Assembly (NCBI GenBank): GCA_043820025.1
Contig: JBDRED010000034.1
Span: forward strand, 10,253 to 74,252
Origin: Elusimicrobiota bacterium
GTDB taxonomy: Bacteria; RUG730; JBDRED01
Length of the DNA: 64,000 nucleotides
Reading direction: 5' to 3'
Below, one piece after another: positions 18,268 through 26,905 of this stretch. Positions within the stretch are counted from its first letter, which is position 1. Every line of letters begins with the position of its first letter. Under the pieces are notes generated by a model, which saw only the letters and a list, made by a program, of their open reading frames with translations, was not told where the DNA came from and searched no databases. The translations under genes were made by a program, and so were the position numbers.

Positions 18268-19026
18268 TTGGAGAAGTTTGTGAATAATGAAATAAATAAG
18301 CTGATTGAATTACAGAAAAAAGATATTGTTATACAGGGAATTGTTAAAAAAAAGAATAATATCCCGGTTCTTATTAAAGGATTGAATGATAAACTTGCAG
18401 GCTTTAGCCAAAAATTAACCGAAGATAAACAAAACTTCGAACAGAATCAGGTCGCTAGAAAGGAATTAGAGTTAGAATTAGGTTCTATTGAAGAATCTAT
18501 TAAGAAACATCAGAGAGAACTTAATTCTGTGAAAACAAATGATGCGTACCAGGCGCTAATAAGAGAAATTGCCGATGATAAAAATCAGAAGGATGAATTG
18601 GAAACCAAGATCCTTGAGAATATGGATAAACAAGAAAGCATTAATAGCGTTTTAGGCGCTGACAATAAAGATATGGAAACAGTTAAAAAGAATACTCAGG
18701 ATGAGATTTCAAATTTGGAAGAAGAACTGAATAAAATCAGCGCTGAGTTAGGCCAATTAAATAAAGATCGTGAGACAATAGCCGAAGCTATTCCTAAAAA
18801 GATGCTTACCTTGTATGATAGGATTCGAATCAGCAAAGGCGGCGTGGCTATTGTTGAGGTGATTAATGGCTGCTGTAATGGATGCCATATGGCTTTAGCT
18901 CCTCAAAATATAGATGATGTAATAAAGAATAAGGACATTGTTGTATGCGGTATTTGTAATAGGATACTTTACGTCAAGGACGAGAATATCGAGTCCTTAA
19001 AAAATGATCCAACCTTAAAAGGTTAA
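18268..19026 (+). CDS. COG1579/DUF164-type coiled-coil protein with a C-terminal C4 zinc ribbon
   Basis: A long coiled coil is followed by CNGCHMALAPQ...VVCGICNRILY. The start is uncertain (TTG 18268, or GTG 18280 preceded by GGAGAAG). Confidence 0.75.
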   Translation: MEKFVNNEINKLIELQKKDIVIQGIVKKKNNIPVLIKGLNDKLAGFSQKLTEDKQNFEQNQVARKELELELGSIEESIKKHQRELNSVKTNDAYQALIREIADDKNQKDELETKILENMDKQESINSVLGADNKDMETVKKNTQDEISNLEEELNKISAELGQLNKDRETIAEAIPKKMLTLYDRIRISKGGVAIVEVINGCCNGCHMALAPQNIDDVIKNKDIVVCGICNRILYVKDENIESLKNDPTLKG

Positions 19027-19028
19027 AA

Positions 19029-19622
19029 ATGATTCCAGTAAATAAGCTTCTAAATCTTCTAGCGCAAAATAAATCACTCAATGAAATATCTGAAATTCTT
19101 AGTTGTAAGACAAATGAAATAAAAAGTATTCTTTTAAAAATAGCAGATTCGTATCATGACCCTAAATCCGAGTCCGTATCTGACGGTAAATTAGAAAAAG
19201 ACGGGAAAGTTTTGGTTTTTAGCGACGGCGCGTCAAGAGGCAATCCCGGCCCGAGCAGTATAGCCTGCGTGATTTTAAACTCAAAAAAACAAGAAATTAC
19301 GCATGCGAATAAATATATAGGAAAGGCTACAAATAATGAAGCGGAGTATATGGCAATATTGTTAGCTCTTGATAGGCTTGATGAGATGCAAGGCGTAAAA
19401 AGCGTAGATTTTTTTACAGATTCGCAGTTGGTTGCAAGACAAATTAATGGCGAGTATAAGGTTTCAAATAATAGAATATTAGAATTCGTTCAGTTATTCA
19501 TGGATAGAATAAAAAAATACCCGGTATTTTCAATAACCCATATACCGAGAGGGGAAAATAAATACGCGGATATGCTGGCAAATATGGCTTTAGACGAACA
19601 TATAAAAAGTTTTAAGTTTTAA
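19029..19622 (+). CDS. RNase HI-family ribonuclease with a ~55-aa N-terminal extra domain
   Basis: The RNase H-fold catalytic blocks are present: VFSDGASRGNPGPSS, ATNNEAEYMAILLAL, TDSQLVARQINGEYKV, NKYADMLAN. Confidence 0.85.
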   Translation: MIPVNKLLNLLAQNKSLNEISEILSCKTNEIKSILLKIADSYHDPKSESVSDGKLEKDGKVLVFSDGASRGNPGPSSIACVILNSKKQEITHANKYIGKATNNEAEYMAILLALDRLDEMQGVKSVDFFTDSQLVARQINGEYKVSNNRILEFVQLFMDRIKKYPVFSITHIPRGENKYADMLANMALDEHIKSFKF

Positions 19623-19735
19623 GCGCTAAGTTTCAAGTTAAATAAAAAATTAGAACTTTAAAGTGTAAAATTGAGGGAAAATTGAATAACTTATTATTAC
19701 CGGATCTCAGATTAAGCTTTATTAACTAATATATT

Positions 19736-20054
19736 TGCAGGATAGATGGTCGCTGTGAAAGCAATTTCATAGAGGAAAGTCCGGACTCCGGAGAGCAGAA
19801 TGCTCACTAACAGTGAGGCCCTGATAACTCAGGGATGGAAAGTGCAACAGAAAATATACCGCCCCGGCGTTATGCCTGGGTAAGGGTGAAAAGGCGAGGT
19901 AAGAGCTCACCGTCCTTATTAGTGATAATAGGGACTTGCAAACCCCATTCGGAGCAAGATCAAATATAAGGGAGAGGTGGCTCGTCTCGTCTTACCTTGG
20001 GTTGATCGCTTAGATAAATGACTATCAAATACAAAATCCGGCTTATTTCCTGCA
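19736..20054 (+). ncRNA. rnpB: RNase P RNA (bacterial type A), compact at about 320 nt
   Basis: Universal conserved regions are present: AGAGGAAAGTCCGGAC (19771-), ACAGAAAATATACCGCC, GGTAAGGGTGAAA, GTAAGAGCTCACC and ACAAAATCCGGCTTAT. The P1 helix is TGCAGGA (19736-) paired with TCCTGCA (-20054). The ends are accurate to about 10 nt. Confidence 0.9.
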
Positions 20055-20093
20055 GAAATAAATTAATCGCTCAATAGTCTTTTGCGGAGTTTT

Positions 20094-21659
20094 ATGGGAA
20101 ATAATCGGGTAAATTCAGATGTGTTGATAATAGGCAGCGGCGCGGCCGGACTTAGCCTGGCTCTGAGATTAGCCTCGAAATACAAAATAAATGTAATTTC
20201 TAAGGCAGGCCTAGAGGAATCAAGCACCTTTTACGCGCAAGGCGGTATTGCTGCCGCATGGGACGAAAAGGACTCGTTGAACGAACACATAAATGACACA
20301 ATAATCGCCGGCGACGGGCTTTGTAAAAAAAATGTAGTGAGCGCTGTAATTAAAGAAGGGCCGGGTATTATTAAAGACCTTATTGATTGGGGCGTAAAAT
20401 TTACTAAATGCGATTCAGGCTCAGGAGAATTCGATCTTACAAAGGAAGGCGGTCATACAAAACGCAGAATATTTCATAAAGATGATACAACCGGAGTAGA
20501 GATTGAAACAAGTCTATCTAATAAAGTTAAGAAACAAAAAAACATTTCTGTATACGAATATCACATAGCCATAAATTTAATTAAACACAAACAAGCATGC
20601 TGCGGCGCGTATGTTCTCAATGAGAAAAAAGGCAGCGTAATAACCTTTTGCGCTCCTATTATTGTTTTAGCAACAGGCGGAACAGGTAAGGTGTATGTTT
20701 ATACAAGCAATCCGGATACTGCTACAGGCGACGGAATTGCTATGGCTTATCGTATAGGCGCTAAAATAAGTAATATGGAGTTTATGCAGTTTCATCCAAC
20801 ATGTTTATACCATCCTAAAGCAAAATCATTTCTTATCTCTGAAGCTGTCCGAGGGGAAGGCGGTATTTTAAGGCTTGCAAATGGAAAGGCTTTTATGCAC
20901 AAATATCATAAATTGGGTTCGCTTGCGCCTAGGGATGTTGTGGCCAGGGCAATAGATTGCGAGATAAAAAAATCAGGCGACGTTTGTGTTTTTCTTGATA
21001 TAACGCATAAAAATAAAAATTTTATAAAAAAACGTTTTCCAAATATTTATGAGAAGTGTTTATTATATGGAATTGATATTACTAAAGAACCGGCGCCTGT
21101 GGTTCCGGCAGCGCATTATATGTGCGGTGGGATAAAGATTGATATGAATGGGCGCACTAATATCAAAAATTTGTATGCTGTAGGCGAAACTGCGTGCACA
21201 GGGCTTCATGGGGCAAACAGGCTTGCAAGCAATTCGCTGCTTGAAGCTTTTTTTACATCGAAACGAGCGGCTGAATATATAAAAAATAATTTTCCAAAGA
21301 TCGCTATTCCTAAAATAAAGCCTTGGAGCATAGGAAAGGCTGTAGATAGTAACGAACAGGTAATGATCACGCATAATTGGTATGAACTGCGCCGGTTAAT
21401 GTGGAACTATGTAGGTATTGTCAGGTCGAATGCCCGCTTGGCCAGAGCAAGGAGCAGAATAAAACTGCTCATTAGCGAGATACAGGAGTATTATTGGGAC
21501 TTTACTGTAACAGCTCCTCTGATTGAGCTAAGAAACCTAGCGACAGTTGCAGACCTTATAATACGCAGCGCGCAAAAAAGAAAGGAATCCAGAGGGCTTC
21601 ACTATAGTCTCGACTATCCAAAAAAAAATCCCAAAAAAGCAAGAGACACGGTTCTGTAA
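20094..21659 (+). CDS. nadB: L-aspartate oxidase
   Basis: It has the FAD-binding motif DVLIIGSGAAGLSLALRL plus STFYAQGGIAA and RLASNSLLE, and resembles NadB over its full length. The track start is TTG 20082; ATG 20094 is chosen. Confidence 0.92.
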   Translation: MGNNRVNSDVLIIGSGAAGLSLALRLASKYKINVISKAGLEESSTFYAQGGIAAAWDEKDSLNEHINDTIIAGDGLCKKNVVSAVIKEGPGIIKDLIDWGVKFTKCDSGSGEFDLTKEGGHTKRRIFHKDDTTGVEIETSLSNKVKKQKNISVYEYHIAINLIKHKQACCGAYVLNEKKGSVITFCAPIIVLATGGTGKVYVYTSNPDTATGDGIAMAYRIGAKISNMEFMQFHPTCLYHPKAKSFLISEAVRGEGGILRLANGKAFMHKYHKLGSLAPRDVVARAIDCEIKKSGDVCVFLDITHKNKNFIKKRFPNIYEKCLLYGIDITKEPAPVVPAAHYMCGGIKIDMNGRTNIKNLYAVGETACTGLHGANRLASNSLLEAFFTSKRAAEYIKNNFPKIAIPKIKPWSIGKAVDSNEQVMITHNWYELRRLMWNYVGIVRSNARLARARSRIKLLISEIQEYYWDFTVTAPLIELRNLATVADLIIRSAQKRKESRGLHYSLDYPKKNPKKARDTVL

Positions 21660-21708
21660 ATTTAGAATTCAGAAGACGAAATTTGCGTTGACACAGTCTT
21701 CTATTTCC

Positions 21709-21737
21709 TTGACCCGCAGAATCAAGCATAGTATAAT
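21709..21737 (+). promoter_or_regulatory. Sigma70-type promoter (TTGACC-17-TATAAT) for the mgtE leader
   Basis: TTGACC lies at 21709-21714, followed by a 17-nt spacer and TATAAT at 21732-21737. A second TTGACA lies at 21688-21693. Confidence 0.55.
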
Positions 21738-21761
21738 CCCAATTGATAAAATGATTATAAT

Positions 21762-21841
21762 GTTTGTTCTGAAAAAGTGGTAGAAATTTCTCGTTATTTT
21801 TCTTATTTTATCGTCTTTCGACCCACTTTTTCAGAACAAAC
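21762..21841 (+). promoter_or_regulatory. Leader hairpin in the mgtE 5' UTR with a 19-bp perfect stem (candidate attenuator or riboregulator)
   Basis: GTTTGTTCTGAAAAAGTGG (21762-21780) pairs perfectly with CCACTTTTTCAGAACAAAC (21823-21841). The loop is 42 nt. The U-rich stretch TATAATATTTTT follows the stem. Confidence 0.5.
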
Positions 21842-21889
21842 TATAATATTTTTCGCAGTCATTATGAGATGCGAATACAGGTGAATAAT

Positions 21890-23275
21890 ATGAAAAGAAT
21901 TAATGTTCTCGCGCTATTTCTTCCGGAGATAAAAGAGCTTCTTAGAGAACGAAGTTTTGCTCAAATAAAACAAGTTTTGTCAGGCATGCATTCGATGGAT
22001 CTTGCAGAAGGTTTTCATAATTTTGCTGATAATGAAAAAATTATAATTTTTAGGTTATTGGGTCAAAATAAAGCAATTGAGGTTTTTGAGAGCGTTCAGC
22101 CGGAAGATCAGAAATTTCTTTTAAATAATCTTGCAAGCGCTGAGATATCGCAGATATTGAACGAGATGTCGTCTGACGAGCGCGTTGACCTTTTTCATGA
22201 ATTATCTCCCAAAGTAGTAAAAAAGTTTTTTAGTCTTATGAGAAAGGAAGAGGTTGATGATGTAAAGTCGCTTATTACGTATCCGGAGGGCACAGCAGGC
22301 AGTATTATGACAACTGACGCGGTATGCCTTAGGCCTGATATGAGCGCGCGAGCGGCTCTTTTAAAGCTCCAGGAAGAACTCAAAACAGGCGAATCTGAAC
22401 ATATTTACGCCAGCTATGTGCTGGATAGTGATAGAAAACTAATAGGCGCTGTTGATTTGCAGGATATTATTGTTTCATCGCCGCATGCGCCTGTCAAAGA
22501 AATTATGACAAGTATAGAAACAATAAAGGTTACTGACGATTCTGACGCTAAGGAAGTAGGCGCGTTATTCGTAAAATACGATCTTTTAAGCGTTCCTGTT
22601 GTTAATGAAAAAAAACAGTTTGTAGGTATGATTGTGTTCGATGATATCGTTGATTCGATTCAGCATGAGAATACAAAGGAAATGTATGAGTTAGGAAAGA
22701 TGCATGTTGAGGAAGGCGCGGAAATCCGTTATTCTCATACAAATAGTTTTGATTTATTAAAACGCAGGGCAGGCTGGCTCATGTTTTTGCTCGTGTTCGA
22801 TTTTTTAACAGGAACTGTTCTTAAATCATATGAGCATGCGTTAAGCAGTGTTGTCGCTCTTTCGTTTTTTATTCCTATGTTATTAGATACCGGCGGTAAT
22901 GCAGGAGCTCAGGTTTCTGTCACAATAATACGCGGATTAGCAATAGGCGATGTAGGAATGCATAATGTTTGGGATATTATAAAAAAGGAATCAATAGCCG
23001 CATTTTTTATGAGTTTATTTGTAGGGCTTGTCGCGTTTTTAAGAGCGTATTTATTACAGGGCAGCGCGCTTGTTGCTTTAGTAGTGGGCGCTACTATGAG
23101 CGTTATTGTTTTATTAGCTGTTTCTACGGGAATCTTTCTTCCGCTTGCTTCAAAAAAAATCGGCCTTGATCCTGCTGTTCTAGCCGGCCCTATAACCACA
23201 AGTATTGTTGATATTGTGGGCCTGATCATTTACTTCAATATAGCTATTAAATTAATTCCTGCATTATCACATTAG
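21890..23275 (+). CDS. mgtE: Magnesium transporter MgtE
   Basis: The protein has an MgtE N-domain, a CBS pair (GTAGSIMTTD...; LLSVPVVNEKKQFVGMI) and a C-terminal TM domain (DTGGNAGAQ...). ATG 21890 is preceded by AGGTG; the track start is ATG 21869. Confidence 0.92.
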   Translation: MKRINVLALFLPEIKELLRERSFAQIKQVLSGMHSMDLAEGFHNFADNEKIIIFRLLGQNKAIEVFESVQPEDQKFLLNNLASAEISQILNEMSSDERVDLFHELSPKVVKKFFSLMRKEEVDDVKSLITYPEGTAGSIMTTDAVCLRPDMSARAALLKLQEELKTGESEHIYASYVLDSDRKLIGAVDLQDIIVSSPHAPVKEIMTSIETIKVTDDSDAKEVGALFVKYDLLSVPVVNEKKQFVGMIVFDDIVDSIQHENTKEMYELGKMHVEEGAEIRYSHTNSFDLLKRRAGWLMFLLVFDFLTGTVLKSYEHALSSVVALSFFIPMLLDTGGNAGAQVSVTIIRGLAIGDVGMHNVWDIIKKESIAAFFMSLFVGLVAFLRAYLLQGSALVALVVGATMSVIVLLAVSTGIFLPLASKKIGLDPAVLAGPITTSIVDIVGLIIYFNIAIKLIPALSH

Positions 23276-23444
23276 TACGCGCCGCAACGCGTCATTCTCC
23301 TATTCTCTGTAATTGCGGGGAGCATAAGAGGCTTGCCTCTAAGCCGACGCGGCAAAATCATTCTAAATTCTGACTTTTGTTTGGTCTTTTATTTTCTTCA
23401 TATTTCTTTCATCTTTATTTCATAATTAATGAATAGTATCACGG

Positions 23445-23473
23445 TTGACAAACCCCATTACCCAGGGTAAAGT
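23445..23473 (+). promoter_or_regulatory. Candidate promoter (TTGACA-17-TAAAGT) of the pilin module, with an upstream palindrome TTCATAATTAATGAA (23419-23433)
   Basis: The hexamers were read directly. The -10 element is weak and the implied 5' UTR is very short. Confidence 0.3.
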
Positions 23474-23490
23474 TAATTGGGAGCAGGAAT

Positions 23491-23874
23491 ATGAATATAC
23501 TTAAAAAAATTATTTCAAACAAAGGATTTACGTATATTGAAATTATCGTTGCAATGGTAATTTTATCTTACGTTATTTTAGCATTTACCAGGGTCTTTAT
23601 GGGTGGTGTATTAACCGCTAAAAATATGGAATTTAAAACAGTGGCGTATAATTACGCTATTGATGAGGTAGAACATGTGCGCAACCTTGCATATAATGAT
23701 GTCACAAATTTCACAGAGCAAAGGGTATTAAGCACAGGCAAGAAGTTTACTATTACAAGAATAATTACTGTGATAGAAGCGGATATTTTAAAGCAGGTGG
23801 ATGTGGTAGTCTCATGGAAGGAAGGAGGAGATACTAAGACAACCAGTATGACTACGCTGGTTGCTCAGTATTAA
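23491..23874 (+). CDS. Type IV pilin-like/pseudopilin protein (prepilin N-terminal cleavage/methylation motif)
   Basis: The N-terminus MNILKKIISNKG|FTYIEIIVAMVILSYVILA has a Gly-Phe cleavage site, Glu at +5 and a hydrophobic helix. Confidence 0.8.
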   Translation: MNILKKIISNKGFTYIEIIVAMVILSYVILAFTRVFMGGVLTAKNMEFKTVAYNYAIDEVEHVRNLAYNDVTNFTEQRVLSTGKKFTITRIITVIEADILKQVDVVVSWKEGGDTKTTSMTTLVAQY

Positions 23875-23900
23875 TAAATTATTAAAAGGAGGAAGTAAAT

Positions 23901-25100
23901 ATGAATAAAATCTTGTTTAATAAAAATTTTAATAATCAAGGTGAAGCTCTTCCTTTAATAACATTTATTATACTGATAGTTGTAGTTCTTGGCGCTGCAA
24001 TAACGCTTATGGTAAGAGAAGAAGTAAAAGAATCAACAATGCTTAGAGGAGGGAATGAAGCGTTATATATTGCAGAAGGAGGAGCGCACAAAGCTATAAG
24101 CAAAATTACTTCAAGTAGCGAGGAATTTACAGGTGAAGGGGATGTTCCTCTCGGAAAAGGAATGTATACAGTCACAGTAACTAATCAGGGTAATGATCTT
24201 TATGAAATAATATCTACAGGGTATATACCAAACAGCAGTAATCCTAAACATGCGAGAAGACTGCGTATTTTATTCGCGCTTGCCTCAGACGATCCAAGCA
24301 GAGGATTTGTTCAGGACGAGGCGTTCAATTATGCAGCTGTAGGCAATGATAACCTGTATATTAATAATATGTCAATAATAAATTCAGCAAATCCCGGTAA
24401 TCAAGGCAATATCAGGTCTAACGCAAATATTACATGCGAAAATGGAGCAATAGTTAATGGCAATGCTTATGCTGTCGGGAGCATTAATCTTATTGGCGCA
24501 TCTGTAATAAATGGCACGCAAAATATAGGACAAGCAGTACTTGCATTGCCTGAAATAGATTTAGATTATTATAGCCAAAAAGCTAAGGAAGGCGGGGTTT
24601 TAGAGGGTAACCAAACATATAGCAGCGGCATAACTAATTTAGGGCCGGTGTATATTAATGGAGACCTTGTTATAGAAAACACAGCTATTGTAAACCTTAC
24701 GGGCGATATATATGTGAAAGGCAATATCTCGCTTCATAATACATCGTATGTTAAAGGCGGATATGTAATATGCGCTGAAGGCACTATTTTAGCAAAAAAT
24801 CTTGCGTATGTCGGCCAAGGCGATAATATTACAGCTATAATAACATCAAATAATACCTCTCAAGCTATTGTGCTTCAAAACGCGTCAGTTACGTCAAAAG
24901 CTATTTACTATGCGCCTAAGGGTTCGTTAAAGGTTCGAAACGCAGCAATAATAAATGGGTGTCTTGTTGCTAAAAATTTGGAAATATCAAACGGCGCTAT
25001 TGTTAATCATATGATAGATATTAATCTTGACCTGCCTGGAGCGAATGCTATAGGTGGAGAGAATAGAGTCGTATCGTGGAGAGAGATATCAATTGAATAG
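23901..25100 (+). CDS. PilX_N-like minor-pilin-type protein with a C-terminal beta-helix-like repeat body (paralog 1)
   Basis: A hydrophobic N-terminus (GEALPLITFIILIVVVLGAAITLM) is followed by GNEALYIAEGGAHKAIS, which is like the PilX N-terminal AEAG motif. About 250 aa of Gly/Asn/Val-rich repeats follow (NGNAYAVGSINLIGASVINGT; VYINGDLVIENTAIVNLTGDIYVKGNISLHNTSYVKGGYVI). Confidence 0.6.
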   Translation: MNKILFNKNFNNQGEALPLITFIILIVVVLGAAITLMVREEVKESTMLRGGNEALYIAEGGAHKAISKITSSSEEFTGEGDVPLGKGMYTVTVTNQGNDLYEIISTGYIPNSSNPKHARRLRILFALASDDPSRGFVQDEAFNYAAVGNDNLYINNMSIINSANPGNQGNIRSNANITCENGAIVNGNAYAVGSINLIGASVINGTQNIGQAVLALPEIDLDYYSQKAKEGGVLEGNQTYSSGITNLGPVYINGDLVIENTAIVNLTGDIYVKGNISLHNTSYVKGGYVICAEGTILAKNLAYVGQGDNITAIITSNNTSQAIVLQNASVTSKAIYYAPKGSLKVRNAAIINGCLVAKNLEISNGAIVNHMIDINLDLPGANAIGGENRVVSWREISIE

Positions 25101-25124
25101 ATATTTATAGCATGGGGGAAGTGT

Positions 25125-26342
25125 ATGAAGAAAATATTGTGCAGGTGTTTTTCCGGGCTTGGAAATAACACAGGCGCTGTTCTTCCGTTAGTTCTGTTTA
25201 TCTCAACTATTTCTGTTATCCTTGCGGCAGGTATTACCATTATGATAAATGAAGATATAAAACAAACTATTATGGTAACAAGAGGAAATGAAGCGCTGTA
25301 TATAGCTGAAGGCGGAGCGCATAAAGCTATAAGCCAAATATTAGCTGCTGCGGGCGCATATACAGGCGAATCCGATACTGCGTTAGGAAAAGGTGCGTTC
25401 ACGGTAAATGTAACAAGCCTCGGAAATAGTCTATATGAGATAATTTCTACAGGGTATATTCCTGATAGTTTAAATCCCAAGGAACAAAGGCGTATTAAGG
25501 TTATATTTATTTTAGGCGCGACAACCGGCTCAAGCAGCGGTATTCAGTTTGTTCATGATGAAATATTCAGCTATGTGCTTGCGGCTAAAAACGGGCTTAA
25601 TTTAACTAATGCCTGCACAGTAAATTCAATAAATCCGTCTAACTCAGGGCATATTTATTCGAATGCCGATATTTTATGTAAAAACGCTGTAGTTGTTAAT
25701 GGAGACGCATATGCTGTAGGCACGATTACACTTCAAAACGCGTCTGTGATTACCGGATCGAAAAATCCGGGTTCTTCTCCAATAGTATTTCCGCCGGTTG
25801 ATGCGGATTATTACAAAGCAAAAGCTCAGGAGGGCGGAACTCTGACAGGAGACCAAACATTTACAAGCGGCGTTACAACGCTTGGCCCTGTATATATAAA
25901 TGGAAATTTAACCGTTCAAAACACAGGCAGTGTTATATTAGCGGGCTGTATTTACGTGACCGGAAATATTACGTTAAAAAATACAGCGTATATGAAAGGC
26001 GGATATGTAATTTTTTCTGAGGGAATCATTGAGACAAGAAACGCAACTTATTTTGGAGCGTCGAGCGAGACAACCGCTGTAATAACAACCAGCTCTTCGA
26101 ATCCGGCCATTAAGCTTGGGAATGCCAGCGTTAGTTCTAATTGTATTTTTTATGCTCCGGACGGTGGTATAGAAATTTCGAACGCGTGCACCATAAAAGG
26201 GTCATTAGTGGCGGATAGTATAAATATAAAAAATGCTTCACAGATAAACCTGATGTCAGACAACACTCTTGATCTTCCCGGTTCGACAAAGGTTTCGCAA
26301 GAAAGCAAGATCATTTCGTGGAAAGAGATTCCAATATCATAA
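25125..26342 (+). CDS. PilX_N-like minor-pilin-type protein with a beta-helix-like body (paralog 2)
   Basis: It aligns end to end with the 23901 gene. Identical strings include GNEALYIAEGGAHKAIS, LYEIISTGYIP, LGPVYING and KGGYVI. Many synonymous differences separate the two genes at the DNA level. Confidence 0.6.
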   Translation: MKKILCRCFSGLGNNTGAVLPLVLFISTISVILAAGITIMINEDIKQTIMVTRGNEALYIAEGGAHKAISQILAAAGAYTGESDTALGKGAFTVNVTSLGNSLYEIISTGYIPDSLNPKEQRRIKVIFILGATTGSSSGIQFVHDEIFSYVLAAKNGLNLTNACTVNSINPSNSGHIYSNADILCKNAVVVNGDAYAVGTITLQNASVITGSKNPGSSPIVFPPVDADYYKAKAQEGGTLTGDQTFTSGVTTLGPVYINGNLTVQNTGSVILAGCIYVTGNITLKNTAYMKGGYVIFSEGIIETRNATYFGASSETTAVITTSSSNPAIKLGNASVSSNCIFYAPDGGIEISNACTIKGSLVADSINIKNASQINLMSDNTLDLPGSTKVSQESKIISWKEIPIS

Positions 26343-26389
26343 TAAATATGCTATAAAAAAATATTACCGGTAAAATAGAGGCGGGTTAT

Positions 26390-26893
26390 ATGAAATCGTT
26401 TTTTAGTAAAAAAATGTTGTTAGGTTTTACTCTTATAGAATTAATGATTTCGGTTGTTTTGATGGGTATTGTAGGCCTTGCTATTACAAGTTATTTTTCA
26501 GATATTTTTAAACAATGGTTTAAGGTAAGCAATCAGATATCTTCCCAGCAGGAAGCAAGAGTAGTTATTGAAGAGATGACAAGTTTTATTAGGCAGTCTT
26601 CAAATCCTGTGGCAGGCATGTCTCCTGCGATAGGCGCTGCTTCGTCTTCAGAGATATCATTTCTTTATTCCGGAAGTCAGGGCAATAAACAAATGAAGTA
26701 TTATAAAAATGGAGACGAATTATTTAGAGTTGTTAATGGCGTAACATCTACAGTAATTCATGGGGGGCTTCAGAGCGTTTATTTTACGCATGTGTCAAGT
26801 TATGTAGTGGAAATTGGAAGCATGGTTGTGCGTTCCGGCGACGATGTATTTGAAATGAATAAGACGGTTTATTTAAGGAATAGAGAATATTAA
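26390..26893 (+). CDS. Type IV pilin-like/pseudopilin protein (prepilin N-terminal motif)
   Basis: The N-terminus MKSFFSKKMLLG|FTLIELMISVVLMGIVGLAI is a canonical GFTLIE motif with Glu at +5. Confidence 0.8.
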   Translation: MKSFFSKKMLLGFTLIELMISVVLMGIVGLAITSYFSDIFKQWFKVSNQISSQQEARVVIEEMTSFIRQSSNPVAGMSPAIGAASSSEISFLYSGSQGNKQMKYYKNGDELFRVVNGVTSTVIHGGLQSVYFTHVSSYVVEIGSMVVRSGDDVFEMNKTVYLRNREY

Positions 26894-26905
26894 TATTTAG
26901 GAGAT

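Noticed and set aside
21762-21841. Calling the mgtE leader an M-box riboswitch
   Set aside because: I could not recognise M-box conserved segments by eye, and the structure is a single long perfect stem. It is reported only as an unclassified candidate leader pending cmscan.
25007-25480. 157-aa antisense ORF spanning the junction of the two PilX-like genes (and the similar 23936-24175 ORF on -)
   Set aside because: Both contain the same peptide (ALCAPPSAIY.ASF) only because they are antisense to the conserved GNEALYIAEGGAHKA segment. The sense-strand genes have RBSs and pilin-type N-termini.
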